DNA of 64,000 nucleotides. It comes from Macrostomum lignano. Lineage: Eukaryota. The translations under genes were made by a program, and so were the position numbers. Shown piece by piece: positions 25,277-37,503 of this stretch. Location: assembly GCA_002269645.1 (NCBI GenBank), contig NIVC01000712.1:186001-250000 (forward strand). Direction: 5' to 3'. Within the stretch, counting starts at the first letter, position 1. The number at the start of each line of letters is the position of its first letter. The notes beneath the pieces were generated by a model that had not been told where the DNA came from, made no database searches, and saw nothing but the letters and a program-made list of their open reading frames with translations.

Positions 25277-25657
25277 ATGTCTGGACGTGGCAAAGGAGGC
25301 AAGGCCCGCAGCAAGGCCAAGACTCGCTCGTCTCGCGCTGGCCTGCAGTTCCCGGTCGGCCGTATCCACCGTCTGCTCCGCAAGGGCAACTACGCCGAGC
25401 GCGTGGGTGCTGGCGCCCCAGTGTACCTGGCCGCCGTGCTGGAGTACCTGGCCGCTGAGGTCCTCGAGCTGGCTGGCAACGCCGCCCGCGACAACAAGAA
25501 GACGCGTATCATCCCGCGTCATCTTCAGCTGGCCGTCCGCAACGACGAGGAGCTGAACAAACTGCTGAGCGGCGTCACCATCGCTCAGGGCGGCGTGCTG
25601 CCGAACATCCAGGCCGTGCTGCTGCCCAAGAAGACCAAGGTCCCCGGCAAGGCCTAA
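25277..25657 (+). CDS. H2A: Canonical histone H2A
   Basis: [52 protein letters not shown], intronless. True ATG is 25277, not the ORF-track start. Confidence 0.98.
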   Translation: MSGRGKGGKARSKAKTRSSRAGLQFPVGRIHRLLRKGNYAERVGAGAPVYLAAVLEYLAAEVLELAGNAARDNKKTRIIPRHLQLAVRNDEELNKLLSGVTIAQGGVLPNIQAVLLPKKTKVPGKA

Positions 25658-25765
25658 GCTGAAGCTCAGCGCCCGCTCGGTTCGATCTGCTATCTTAGCA
25701 ATCGTTTCCCAGACTGCATTTATGACACTTCACTGCATTGTGGGTGTCTTGAATAATTGAACGTT

Positions 25766-25791
25766 AAAACGGCCCTTTTCAGGGCCACCAA
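25766..25791 (+). terminator. Histone mRNA 3' stem-loop
   Basis: AAAAC GGCCCT TTTC AGGGCC ACCA, about 110 nt after the H2A stop. Confidence 0.95.
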
Positions 25792-26280
25792 ACTTGTTGA
25801 TGTTGCAAGTCTTGCCTTGCCAAAGCAGATAGAGTCCGGGTTAGGGTTAGTTTATCATGTCGATGTGCTTTTTAGACTGGGCCAGTGCATGGATATGACA
25901 ATATGTACGTAAAAATTCTGTTTTGGATCCTCAAACATAGTCATAGGCCTAGTCTTTTTTCACCGGGGCGAAATCGCATCCAAGGTCCAATTTCAGAATG
26001 CGATTTTATTTTTAAGTCAGGACTCTAGATGCTAAGCATAGCTGCCATACCGCCCATGCCATAGCAAAAGCAATAGCAATATAGGCCTAGTATAGCATGC
26101 CTAATGCCTATCTAGTATCTACATCTACATGGCACTAAAAATAAACCTAACTGGGCTTCTCCCTTAGACTGATCTAGCTGCATTCTGTGTTGCTTAAGAT
26201 TATCAGCACAGCACCCGTGAAGCCTCTCCTTTTGATTCCCTGTGCTTAATGTGCTACCCTTTCCAAACTCTTCTACTTCA

Positions 26281-26301
26281 AAACGGCCCTTTTCAGGCCA
26301 C
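26281..26301 (+). other. Orphan histone-type stem-loop (1-nt deletion)
   Basis: AAAC GGCCCTTTTCAGGCC AC; no histone CDS immediately upstream. Confidence 0.7.
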
Positions 26302-27235
26302 TGAACTTGTCCGGTTAATGGCACAACAAAAATTTAAATTTTCGTGCCTACTTCAGCAGTCTTCATACGGATAGTATTAGAAGAGGATATTGTTAGCTGA
26401 TGTTTAAGTGTAATGATAAAGTGTAACAACATTCAATTAAAAAAGCCAAAGGTCTATTTTGTACCTATTGGTGCATTAAAGTGCATATTTTTCCGTTCGT
26501 TGAAGCTAAAATCGCTCGCTGCACAAGAAGCTGATTTGACCTTCGTGTTGACCTACAAAACCCTACTTAATTAAGAATTTACTAAATAGCTGATAGATAT
26601 GTAATAATAATATGTAGCAACTCCCGACCCTCATCCGTAAAAAACTGAAGCCATTAGGCCGTAAAGCCATAAAAAATTCTTAAAATTGGTATAATTAAAT
26701 GGCACATTCAACTGTTCAAGGCTCGTTCACACTGTCAAATAGGAAGACCAAATTTCGTGTGATCACAATTTGTAATCAAATATGAATTATGATTCCTTTG
26801 TACATTTAGTCGCGTCGCGTGATTTGGTGGCTCGTTTGATGGCAGTGCAATGAAGGAGCCATTATAATAAACGAGTATGTTAAATTCTCTACAGGAAATT
26901 CTCTCTCTCATCTTGGCTTGCCCAGGGTTGCTGTAGTTTGTTGTTTTTGTTCTCTCTCATCGAAATGTCTTGACGTCAGTAAGGAGGGTGGGTACCTGAT
27001 TCGCCCGCCCAGCTTTTCCCGCCGAAATTTGCCCGCAGTGCAATTTTCCCGCGAGCGAATTGCCCGCAATGCTTTTTTCCTGCAGGGCATTTTGTCTGTA
27101 TTGCCCCCCCCCAATGCTTAGTACAGCGTAAGTCTTAATAAAAGAGATTTGGGGGGGGACAAAGCGACACGGCATATTCACGAATTAATAGCTCACCGAT
27201 TTACCCATGCGTGTACTCGTATGTATACAGGTAGA

Positions 27236-27587
27236 CATAGGCGTAGGAACGATTTAAAAAGTGGGGGGCCAGGTCCAGCCATAGGTCTTATGACTAAGAT
27301 TGACTCAATCAACGCCAAACCAAGACGTGCAATCACTGGTCAATCAACGTTTGTTTCAATCACGGTTTCACGACATTTTTTATTTCGTGTTTTTTCGCAA
27401 TACTTTATCATGCAATGCAAGGCAGCAAATTCCAAAAAATTAGTTTGATAAAAAAGTAAAAATAAAATTATAAAAAGACAACATTTTGGTTGAAAAAAGT
27501 GGGGGGGGCACATCCCATTACTGGCCCCCCACTTTAAAAAGTGGGGGGGGCCATGGCCCCACTGTCCCCCCCGTTCCTACGCCTATG
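27236..27587. mobile_element. hAT-type MITE
   Basis: TIR CATAGGCGTAGGAACG / CGTTCCTACGCCTATG; 8-bp flanks CAGGTAGA / CAAGTAGA (7 of 8 match). Confidence 0.8.
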
Positions 27588-27946
27588 CAAGTAGAACTGA
27601 ATATATGACTTGACTCTCGATGACTTACAAGAAAAATATGCATTTGATATGCAGTTACTAACAAAAGCTTTTGATCGGGTAAATCTCTTTATTAAGATTT
27701 ACTAAACTTTAGGGGGGAAGCAATGCAGACGAAATCTGCCGAGTGGATAAATGCGTTGCAGGAAAAAAGCATTGTGGTTTGTGGGCAAACCTCGGCAGAC
27801 AGAAACATTCAAAATATGGGTTGGACGCTTTTCATTTTCCTATCGATTCTGGTTCTGGAACCAATCTTCGTGAAAAGCCTCACCATCGAAAAAATCTGTT
27901 ATGGCACCGGTTTAAAATTATAGACTGTTGTTTTGAAACATGTTTT

Positions 27947-27968
27947 AAAAACGGCCCTTTAAGGGACT
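27947..27968 (+). other. Degenerate orphan histone-type stem-loop
   Basis: AAAAAC GGCCCTTTAAGGGAC. Confidence 0.55.
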
Positions 27969-28313
27969 GCCTATTTTCTGCGCCACGGTTACAATTGATA
28001 ATACTGCTTATAAAATCATTCCGGCCAAGTCTTAGCTATCTCGATGGATTTTAATTGGGCGTAATCTGTAGTAGGGAATCTGGATTCAAAATACGTCAGC
28101 AGCAGTGCCGCATTGGCTTTTTGGAATTGTACGTATAATGACACTATTTTTAAATATAAGGAATTTTAATGTTGTGCACATTTATTTTACTTATTATTTA
28201 TTTTATGTATTTCGAAATCGCTGAGCAATAGCTACATGTATAGTATATAGTATGAAAGCTTCGAATCATTCAGTTTTTAAAGATGTGCGAATCTCCAGAC
28301 CTATTATAAGCAT

Positions 28314-28337
28314 AAAACGGCCCTTTTAAGGGCCACT
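28314..28337 (+). other. Perfect orphan histone-type stem-loop
   Basis: AAAAC GGCCCT TTTA AGGGCC AC. Confidence 0.85.
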
Positions 28338-28501
28338 TGAAACAGAACCATGATTAATTAGGAGGGCTTCTTGGCCAAAAAAGCTGCTAAAGCAGAATCT
28401 TGAAAAAAGTAGAGATTTGTCCCTTGTCTTCTAATGCCAAATGATGCCGATGTATCGAGACTAGAGAGTGCGAAAAAGTACAAAAGCAATATAAAGCAAT
28501 A

Positions 28502-28580
28502 CAAGTAGTATGAAGACGCACACGTCTTTTTGCCACCAGTGAACGGGCTTCTTTTTAGACGTGGGTCTTCATACTACTTG
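28502..28580. other. 79-nt inverted repeat/hairpin
   Basis: CAAGTAGTATGAAGAC..CACGTCT pairs with AGACGTG..GTCTTCATACTACTTG. Confidence 0.85.
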
Positions 28581-31500
28581 ATAAACCTAGTTTTGTACCG
28601 ATGAAAAAGAACTTTGAGAAGCTCAAGAAAAATGTAAATCTCTACTTCTCCCATTTTCTCTCCTGTCTGTTCTGTTTCCCTCCTCTCTAATCTCTCTCTA
28701 GTCTCCCCCTCTCCTCTCGCTTCTAGCTCTAGTCTTATCTCTTATCTCCTCTTAGTCTTATCTCTTCTCTCTCTATTATTATCTTTCATTTTCTCTCATC
28801 TGATCTGACCCGCAGCCATGAGCTGGAATCGAATCTTCTATAATAGGCCCTCGAACTTCTCGAAGGCCTCGATCTAAAAAAATTGTCTAATGACTCTAAA
28901 CTAAAGTATCCAGAGCGTAGCAGGGTTATACCACCTCATTAAGCTGGTTGTTTCGGCGCATGATCCTCTTAGCATCAGCTTAAGTGCTTGGAAATGGAAA
29001 GTCAGGCCAGTTTTGTGGAACATAAACCTCGTACTCTCAATCAGATAGTACACTTAAGAATAATAAGATACCCTAAGCCTCTTCTCCATTAACGGAGTTG
29101 CAAAGAAAGCTATAAATAGTCTTTCCAAAACACTGTACATAGCTACTTCAGAAGCCGTATCGTTGGACCTTTTAATCAGGGGGAGGATTGTACACGTAGT
29201 GACTTGGAGCTTCCCCCCGCCAAACTTTGTACTGGGCTTGCAATTCAAACGTGCAGTTAAAGAGCTAAATTTAACACTAAATTCTAATCACGTGACGCCC
29301 GTTTATCGATCTAATTTTCCTTGGTCTGTGCGCGAAGCAAATGAAGCTCTATTGACGCCTCTCCGGTCCAAGCCCACACGCCACAACCCCAGTTAAAAGG
29401 GACGGGAGTGTACATTGTATGTACGATTATTCCTTCCTTCCTTTCCTTTCTAACCAGCCTAACTCAGCCCAACGCCAAAGCCATGCAATGCAAGCAATCG
29501 CATGCAAATGCAAATTATGCAAAGCGGTATGCAGCTTAATGTGATGAATTTCGATGCAAAAAAGGCATTTTTTACATGAAAAAAACATCGAATGGTTATG
29601 AAATTTAAGAAATTTGTTAAATTAACTATATGGAACACTGTGCATTGGTTTCATTGCAAAATTCCTACCATTTCCAGTTTAAATAGCCCCGGAACTAACA
29701 TAAAAGTAAAAAGTCAAGTTTTCAGTTTTTTATCGATAATTTTTTACCCAATGAACCGAATCTCTAGAAATTGCACACAAATATGCCTCGTTATGTGGGA
29801 AATCAGCCGTCATAAAAATAATGCCATCCTATTGCGTTTTTTTGCCTGATTTAAAGCAAAATATTAAAAAATCACTACTCTGATCGATTTCCAATCACTT
29901 TTGACACATGAGCACTTGTTGCAGACACTCAAAATCTTGGTCAATTTTAGCCAGACATTAGTACAACTCGTTGCAGTATCCGCATTTGATCTACCATTCT
30001 TTTAAAAATTTAATCACCCATTTTTCTGGCACCCAATCAGCCAAAAATCACAAATTATCGATTTCTGATCGCTTTTTCAACCCGAAAGCAGCGAAATCAG
30101 ACGGCGGCAATTTAAACCAATATAGTACAGCAACTATGCTATAGAAATTCGAAATCGGCTTATTCGCACCATGTTCTCAAAATTATAATGAGCAATAATG
30201 CGAAAGTCATGTGATTTTTTGAAAAATCGATTTTTCTCGATTTTCTCAGCACTGGAGAATCGTAGGAAAACAAAACTTTAGACACTTGTAGATTTTTGCA
30301 TTGCGCATCTAACTGCACTGCTTTGAAGCCCAAACTCAAAAAGCTTTGTAGGAAAAAGTGGCGAAAGAATAAAATGAGGGTCATTTTTTTACCCAAAAAA
30401 CCCACCAAAACTGCATAAAGATGCCGAAATAAATCAAAGCGCCATATACCATTTTGTAGGAAATTTAGTTTTACAACTTTGATCCTCAGATGTCGAAGCC
30501 GTATCTCGTAAGGTGTACCAGAATTTTGAGATCTCCCAGAAGCACTTTTGAAAAAATCGTATTTCCACTTAATTTACAGCTTAGTAATAAAATATCTGCA
30601 CTTAAAAGTATATTCATTCGATAGATTGAAAAGTTTTCTATCGATCGACACCTCACTCAACTTAATAGATGCAGTGGTTGCAAAACCGGAGCATTTTTTA
30701 GCGAAAAAAACGTGAAATTTCAAAATGCATGGGAGTCTAACTTATTTACTCGTAAATACTTTCTTAGCTTACGCCTAATTTCTATACAGGTAGAAATTAT
30801 TTACTCGCCCTCGGCCCCTGGCGGGGCCTCGGGTTCTCTCGCTCTCGCCCGACGCCGCCTTCGGCGGCGCCGGGCTCGGCTCGTTCACTGGTGGAACGAG
30901 TACTATAGTTTTATTAACAAAGTTTCTTCATCAATGACAATGGATGTCCTGCGGAACGCAAGATCTATACCGCTTGCAGTTAGAATTTTGAATGCTTCTT
31001 ATCTCATTTATCTGTAACAATTGTGTATAATTGCTGTAGTAGAAATCGGACATGAAGCAATCTTCCAAATAAAATTTTACAATATTGTCTACTGGCAGTG
31101 GCAGAACAAGAATATTTCAATAAAAACTGTAGGGCCAATATACAGCTCTCAATTGACAGATTGGGTAAGGCGGCAAAGCATATCGACAAGAGGCCGATTG
31201 CAGAGAGCCAGCTGGCCTGAGAGACTATATTAATACACTGGCCGGATTGCTGTAGCGAAAACACTATTAATTCTGTATGCCGGCATTTAAAACGAGAAAT
31301 TCGAGGCAGAGTTACCAATATCGGATTCAGCCAGATTCCTATCGCAGATTAAGGCTTAGCAAGCAATATTGGCCAACTAGCAAGCTGGCACTGCAACATT
31401 CACCTGGCTGAGATTCCCCGGGCTAGCACCCAAGGAGTCGAGTTGGCAAAGCTTCAATTTATTTAACGCGCAGGTGCAAGCTCGCCATTGAAACCACCTG

Positions 31501-32655
31501 CTTCTAACTGGAGGGTTAGGGTTAAAGAATGACCAGCTAATCGATAGATAATAAACAATCAACTGGCCATTACAGTCGACTCACTGACAGGGCCGCTAGC
31601 CGGGCTACAATTAGGCGCAAACTCTGCCGCGGACACTCACCGCATGAACTGAACAGTGAGACTCTCGTTTTTGCCGCTGGTTTCGTGTTTTCGCAAGTTA
31701 GTTTTTTTCACACACACACAGCCTACCAGACTTTTTATTGGGCTGGAGGGTGGAGGGTAGTGGGGGTGAGTAGAAAGATAAGAGCTTAGCGCTGTACATG
31801 CGCCGACTGTGGGGGGGGGCGAGAGTGAACCGTATAAACCAACTTAATCGATTAAATTCACTGCTGCCTTCTTAGCCAATCAGGGAAAGGAAGCACTTTT
31901 GAAGCCGTCTTATCAAAATTAAACTTAGATAATAATATCATCACTAACTTTCTGACCTTTTTACTGCAAGTAGCGTATGTCAAAAAGAAAATACCAACGA
32001 GTTCGTATGAAAAAAAACATTTTTTTGGATATCTATCCAATATGCTGCATATTGCAATTATTAAGATGCGCCCAACACTTGCTGCATTTAAACAGAACTT
32101 GGGCACATTCGCATGCTTGGGAAATTTGTTTATTTCGTCGTTAAAAATTAAGGATTAAATGCACGTGTCATAAACACATTAATATACTTAGCACCTGGAA
32201 ATTCATTAGGAAAATAAACTTAAAAGAGTCATACTGACAAAAATATAAATGAGAAAGAGTTGCATTTAATAAAACCATGAAAACTTAAAACAATGACAAG
32301 TCAAGTTTGTGAAAATGCGAGCAAGTTAATTTTATTCAGTTTACACACTATAACAAAAAATAAGTAGTATAGAAAAGTAGTTTCAAATAAAAAGACAGGC
32401 ATTATTGTCAGACCGTAATAGAAACCAGACAAGCACCGATTAGCAAATCAAAAGAGCATTGCATTAACGCACCTTGCTACTATAAGTAGCAACAAAATGA
32501 AAGCGTATTACTAAAGCTGTAGAATAAGGTAATTTAACCCCAAAATTTGACACATCGAACAAGTTGAATAACAGATAAATCGACATAAAAATACGTTGGA
32601 TATTTTTCATATACAATAACAGACTAAAGTACATACCAGACCATAAGCTCACAAT

Positions 32656-35600
32656 TTAGCAGCGTTTCACATCCGCGCACAGCTGCAGCACGCTGTGACG
32701 CAGGCCGTCTTCCAGACTGTCCGTGAATAGCTGGCACAGCCGGTCGCAGGTGTCGGCCACCATAGCGGCAGTAGATTCGGGACCGTCAGGAGCGGCAGCG
32801 ACAACAGCGGATGCGGCCTTCATCTGGCTGGCAGCTGACTGCAGCTCATCGCGCAGGCTGCTCAGCTTGGTGTCGCGCAGGCTCATCAGGAATTCACAGT
32901 TCTCAGCCCGGTACTTGCACTCGTAGTACCTGGGTTGGAGTGGACATTTTTAATAGATGCTGGCTTTTTATGCGAGGCCTGTAGTGACATGCTTTACATG
33001 CCTATGCGAAAGCTGCTTATATTTATAATTCACTAACTTATTGGCAGAGATGATACAGCTGAAAAGACAGAACCTGACAGACAGACACTCACTTGCCAGC
33101 CACAGACACTCGCTTGACAGCCACAGACACTCACTTGGCAGCCACACAGATACTCCCTTGGCAGCCACACAGACACTCACTTGGCAGCCACACAGACACT
33201 CACTTGGCAGCCACACAGACACTCACTTGGCAGCCACACAGACACTCACTTGGCAGACACACACAGATGCTCACATGACAGCCACAGACACTCACTTGGA
33301 AGCCACACAGACACTCACTTGGCAGGCACACAGACACTCACTTGGCAGCCACAGACACTCGCTTGACAGCCACAGACACTCACTTGGCAGCCACACAGAT
33401 ACTCACTTGGCAGCCACACAGACACTCACTTGGCAGCCACACAGACACTCACTTGGCAGGCACACAGACACTCACTTGGCAGGCACACAGACACTCACTT
33501 GGCAGCCACACAGACACTCACTTGGCAGACACACAGACACTCACTTGGCAGACACACAGACACTCACTTGGCAGACACACAGACACTCACTTGGCAGCCA
33601 CACAGACACTCACTTGGCAGCCAGGTCCTTGCACTGCGCCTCCCGCTGGGTGCACTCGGCCTCCAGCTCTCGCAGCCGGTCCTCAAAGGCGGCCCGCTCG
33701 GCCTTAGCCGCGGCCTGTGCCGAGTTCCGCTGCTCGGCCACCTCCAGGCGGTCGAACTCGCTCTGCTCGAATCGCTCGCTGAGCTGGGCGAGCTCGTAGT
33801 TCAGGTACTCGATCTTGGAAGCACAGATAGTTGCAGTTAGGATTTAGTTAGCTAGCAGGCATGTCAGGTGAAGCTTGCAGATTGGATTAAAATACAGCCA
33901 AATAAGCATTCATCGAGAGATGCCTTAGTTCTAATTTGTTTAACGTCCGGATATAATACATTTCCTAGTATATAAATAAATAAGTATATACATCAGTTTA
34001 CCGCTCCCAACAATCCCAGAATCCCAAATCCCGCTTCCAACAATCTTAGAATCCCAGAATCCCAAATCCCGCTTCCAACAATCCTAGAATCCCAGAATTC
34101 TAAATCCCGCTCCCAAAAATCCTAGAATTCCTAAATCCCGCTCCCAAAAATCCCAGAATCCAAATATGCTCCCAAAAATCCCAGAATGACAAATCGCCAG
34201 TAACAAGTTAGCTAGCCACAAGCCTAGTCCATAGAAAGCGTGCCCTACCTGCAAAGCGTACTGCTCGCGTTCGTTAGCCATAGTCTGCTGGACATCAATC
34301 CAGGCCAGGTCAGTCTGGCACTCAACCGAAGCAGTGGGAACCGCAGATCGAACTCGAACATCCTTCTCCTGCTGCTGCTGTTGAAGTCTATCAACGGTGG
34401 CAGCCACGACAGCAGTCAGACGCTGTCGCTCGTCATTTAGCCGTTCAGCCTCAGCAGCCAGACAGTCTAGCAGAGGCCCAATAGCCGAGGCTTGCTTATC
34501 TAAATTGTCGATAGCTTCAACAATAGCAGCCGTTGTGTTAGCTGTAGAGTTGTTAACAGAACTATTGGCATTTCCTGTGCCGCTGTTAACCCTACCAGCC
34601 GCTTTCACTAGGGCACTGACGTTGGCGCTAGTGGCCGAGCGAGACAGATGCGTTTGAATTGAGCTGGCTAGTTCGGTTAGCAGAGTCGGGTAGCTGGCGC
34701 TGCGGCGTCTGTTGGCACCGCCGCTACTTTGGGTCTGAGCTGGAGCTTGCGGCGGCTGCTGCTGTTGCGGCTCCGACGAGGTGTCGCAGCTAAGCGACGC
34801 ATCTGGCTGCCGCGTGGCCTTTTTAGACGACTTTAAAATGGTTAAGAAATAAATGTTTCGTAAAAATTATATACATAATACTAGCAAATCATATGGCTAA
34901 CAGATCTAACATTATTAACATCCAATTCATGTAAACTCTGTAGAACTCAAGGGAGTAAGTGGGAAAGAAGTTTTATGGTCCTTAAATGGGCCGTTTTAAC
35001 GGGCTGTCGGTCTGCAATCCTAGAGGATTAACTCGAGGGGCAGTGGGGAGCTTGGTGGATTTCACCTATAGCAAACTAACCCTCCAATATTCTGATGATG
35101 ATGCTGGCCCAAAAAGGGCCGTTTCAACAGGTACTGGGTCTGGCACTAAGAAGAACGAAGGGAGTCACAAAGGGTAATACATTAACGAGGGAGACCAGAT
35201 TAGTGGCAGTAGGGAGGACTGGTAAAATTATGTTAGTATTTATATAGCAAACTAACCCTAAATGACCTCCAATAGGGTGTGGCCCTTAAAAGGGCCGTTT
35301 TAACAGGTTGTCGGTCTGAAATCCTAGAGGTTGGATGCGGGGATAGTGGGTAGCTTGGCGAATTTAGCCTATAGCAAACTAATCCTCCAATATTACGACG
35401 ATTTTTTCGTAAAAAAGAGCTGTTTTAACCTGTACTGGGTCTGGAACCTAGAAGAACGCTGTCAAAGGGTAATACATCAACGAGACCAGATTAGTGGCAG
35501 TAAAGAGCAGTGGCGACATTAGGTTAATATTGTTATAGCAAACTAACCCGAAATGGATTCTAATAGGATGTGGCCCTCAAAAGGGCCGTTTTAACGGGTA

Positions 35601-36195
35601 CTAGATAAATTTATTTAGTTCAAACTTTAGATTTAAGTTAATTTCAAAATGCTGATATTAGTAGTAAGAAATGCGTATACTACAAACCTTTTTCTTAGCC
35701 ACAGACATTGCAGGAAACATATCGCCGTTGCAATTGCTACCATTACCGCAGCTACGTTGCATCAGCGGTCGCCTCTGACGCGTCCCGTTGGCAATAGCAA
35801 CAGCAGTAGAGCCAACAGCTGAGCCTTCATAATTTTGCACTTTTTTATCCAATAAAAAGTCGCGAAATCTAGCCAAATGCGGAGCTGTTGAGCCTTGCAA
35901 TAATTGCAGCAGATCGGACACTGTAGAATCGTTATACACTGCAGGATTGTTGGAATTTGAGCTCAACTGCGGAGCTGGCAGGAATTGAGCGCTAGGACTT
36001 GCCGGCTGCGGTGGCTGCTGCTGCCGACGGCCCCGGCCAGCGGTTCTGGAACGGGCGCAGCTGGCCGCTAAACTGCCAGCTATGGCGAGGCCGCGGCGAA
36101 CAGGCGGAGTGCCGTTACGCTCGGAGCGGCCAGACGGCGAGGGCGACGGGGATGATGACAGCTGCGGAGTCGGGTGGAAGGGTTGGAGGGATTGT
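32656..36195 (-). CDS. Coiled-coil protein of unknown function, last four exons (5' end not found)
   Basis: complement(join(32656..32929,33614..33813,34249..34830,35688..36195)). All junctions GT-AG with consistent phases (0,0,2); open throughout; C-terminal half heptad-rich (ELAQLSERFEQ..RLRELEAEC..). Confidence 0.75.
33076..33622. repeat. 23-bp minisatellite overlapping a splice donor
   Basis: Minus-strand unit GCTGCCAA|GTGAGTGTCTGTGTG, more than 20 copies. Confidence 0.95.
33998..34185. repeat. About 39-bp intronic minisatellite
   Basis: CCGCTCCCAA(C/A)AATCC(C/T)AGAATCCCAAAT variants. Confidence 0.85.
34970..35600 (-). repeat. Intronic A-B-A-B repeat with five histone-type stem-loops
   Basis: Hairpins at 34977-34992, 35106-35120, 35281-35296, about 35408-35421 (decayed) and 35572-35587, each with a minus-strand 5' flank GTT(A/G)AAAC. 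Confidence 0.85.
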
Positions 36196-36254
36196 CTGAT
36201 ATTTATGTTATTTTGTCAGTAACTACTAGCGCCTGTCTACCGGTGACTGTCTTC

Positions 36255-36800
36255 TGGTGTGTCTGTCAGTGTCTGTCTCATGGTGTGTCTGTCAGTGTCT
36301 GTCTGCCAGTGTGTCTGTCTACCAGTGTGTCTGTCTGCCAGTGTGTCTGTCTGCCAGTGTGTGTCTGTCTACCAGTGTGTCTGTCTACCAGTGTGTCTGC
36401 CAGTGTGTCTGTCTACCAGTGTGTGTCTGTCTACCAGTGTGTCTGTCTGCCAGTGTGTCTGTCTGCCAGTGTGTCTGTCTGCCAGTGTGTGTCTGCCAGT
36501 GTGTCTGTCTGCCAGTGTGTGTCTGTCTACCAGTGTGTCTGTCTGCCAGTGTGTCTGTCTGCCAGTGTGTCTGTCTGCCAGTGTGTGTCTGCCAGTGTGT
36601 CTGTCTGCCAGTGTGTGTCTGCCAGTGTGCCTGTCTGCAAGTGTGTCTGTCTGCCAGTGTGTCTGTCTACTAGTGTCTGTCTACCAGTGTGTCTGTCTGC
36701 CAGTGTGTGTCTACCAGTGTGCCTGTCTGCCAGTGTCTATCTGTTAGTGTGTCTGTCTAGCAGTGTCTGTTTGCTGGTGTCTGTCTACCAGTGTGTCTGT
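36255..36800. repeat. (GTCT/CCAGTGT) compound microsatellite
   Basis: GTGTCTGTCTGCCA variants. Confidence 0.93.
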
Positions 36801-37503
36801 CAGCTGTGTTGTCTATCTTCTGATGTAATAGACTCAGAGCTGGCATATTCTCACACACATTGTATAGGTACAGACTTTCTCATTGTTAGTCTTGAATACA
36901 CTATGATATAGTGGTAAGCTTTTCATAGGCCTATGTGAATATAAATCTTATGGAAAGTTTATGCATTTGGTATCAGTTTAATCAAGGGATCATTTTGTTC
37001 TTACTATAATTATTCAAAAAAGCATGTGAAAAGTCACTTACACTTTCCAATTCTTCAAATGTAGAAATATCACACATTACTAACAATTAGCACTTGTAAT
37101 TGTTGACAAAAATTAAAATATCAATGTTTTTGATGCAGAATTTCAATGCTGAAAACTATTAAAAGTATTTTCATTAGGATCTTCAAATGAAAAGTATTTT
37201 TTTATTAGATTTTATTCTGGTTTATTGGCAAAAAACAATGTATAAGTTTTTATTAAAACTGTATTTGTGTTAACTTAGTAATTGGAATCCAACAAGCCTT
37301 TTGAGTCAAATATTTATTTTAACAACCCCAATTAAAATAATGCTTCCTTATCTTTTGGTTTTAAAATGAAAATGATATGAAACAAGACTAATGATACTTG
37401 GAAGGCACAAAGAACACAATGTTTAGAAAGAATTATATATTATATAATTTAATGTCTGACTAAATTATGACATTAATCCAATAGTCCCAGCTAGCAGTTC
37501 TAG

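Noticed and set aside
30813-30828. 6-bp stem/4-nt loop as another histone stem-loop
   Set aside because: Loop is TGGC rather than pyrimidine-rich, and the AAAAC flank is absent.
28900-32650. Short ORFs as transposase or RT remnants
   Set aside because: No catalytic motifs recognisable by eye; would need tblastn or HMM searches.
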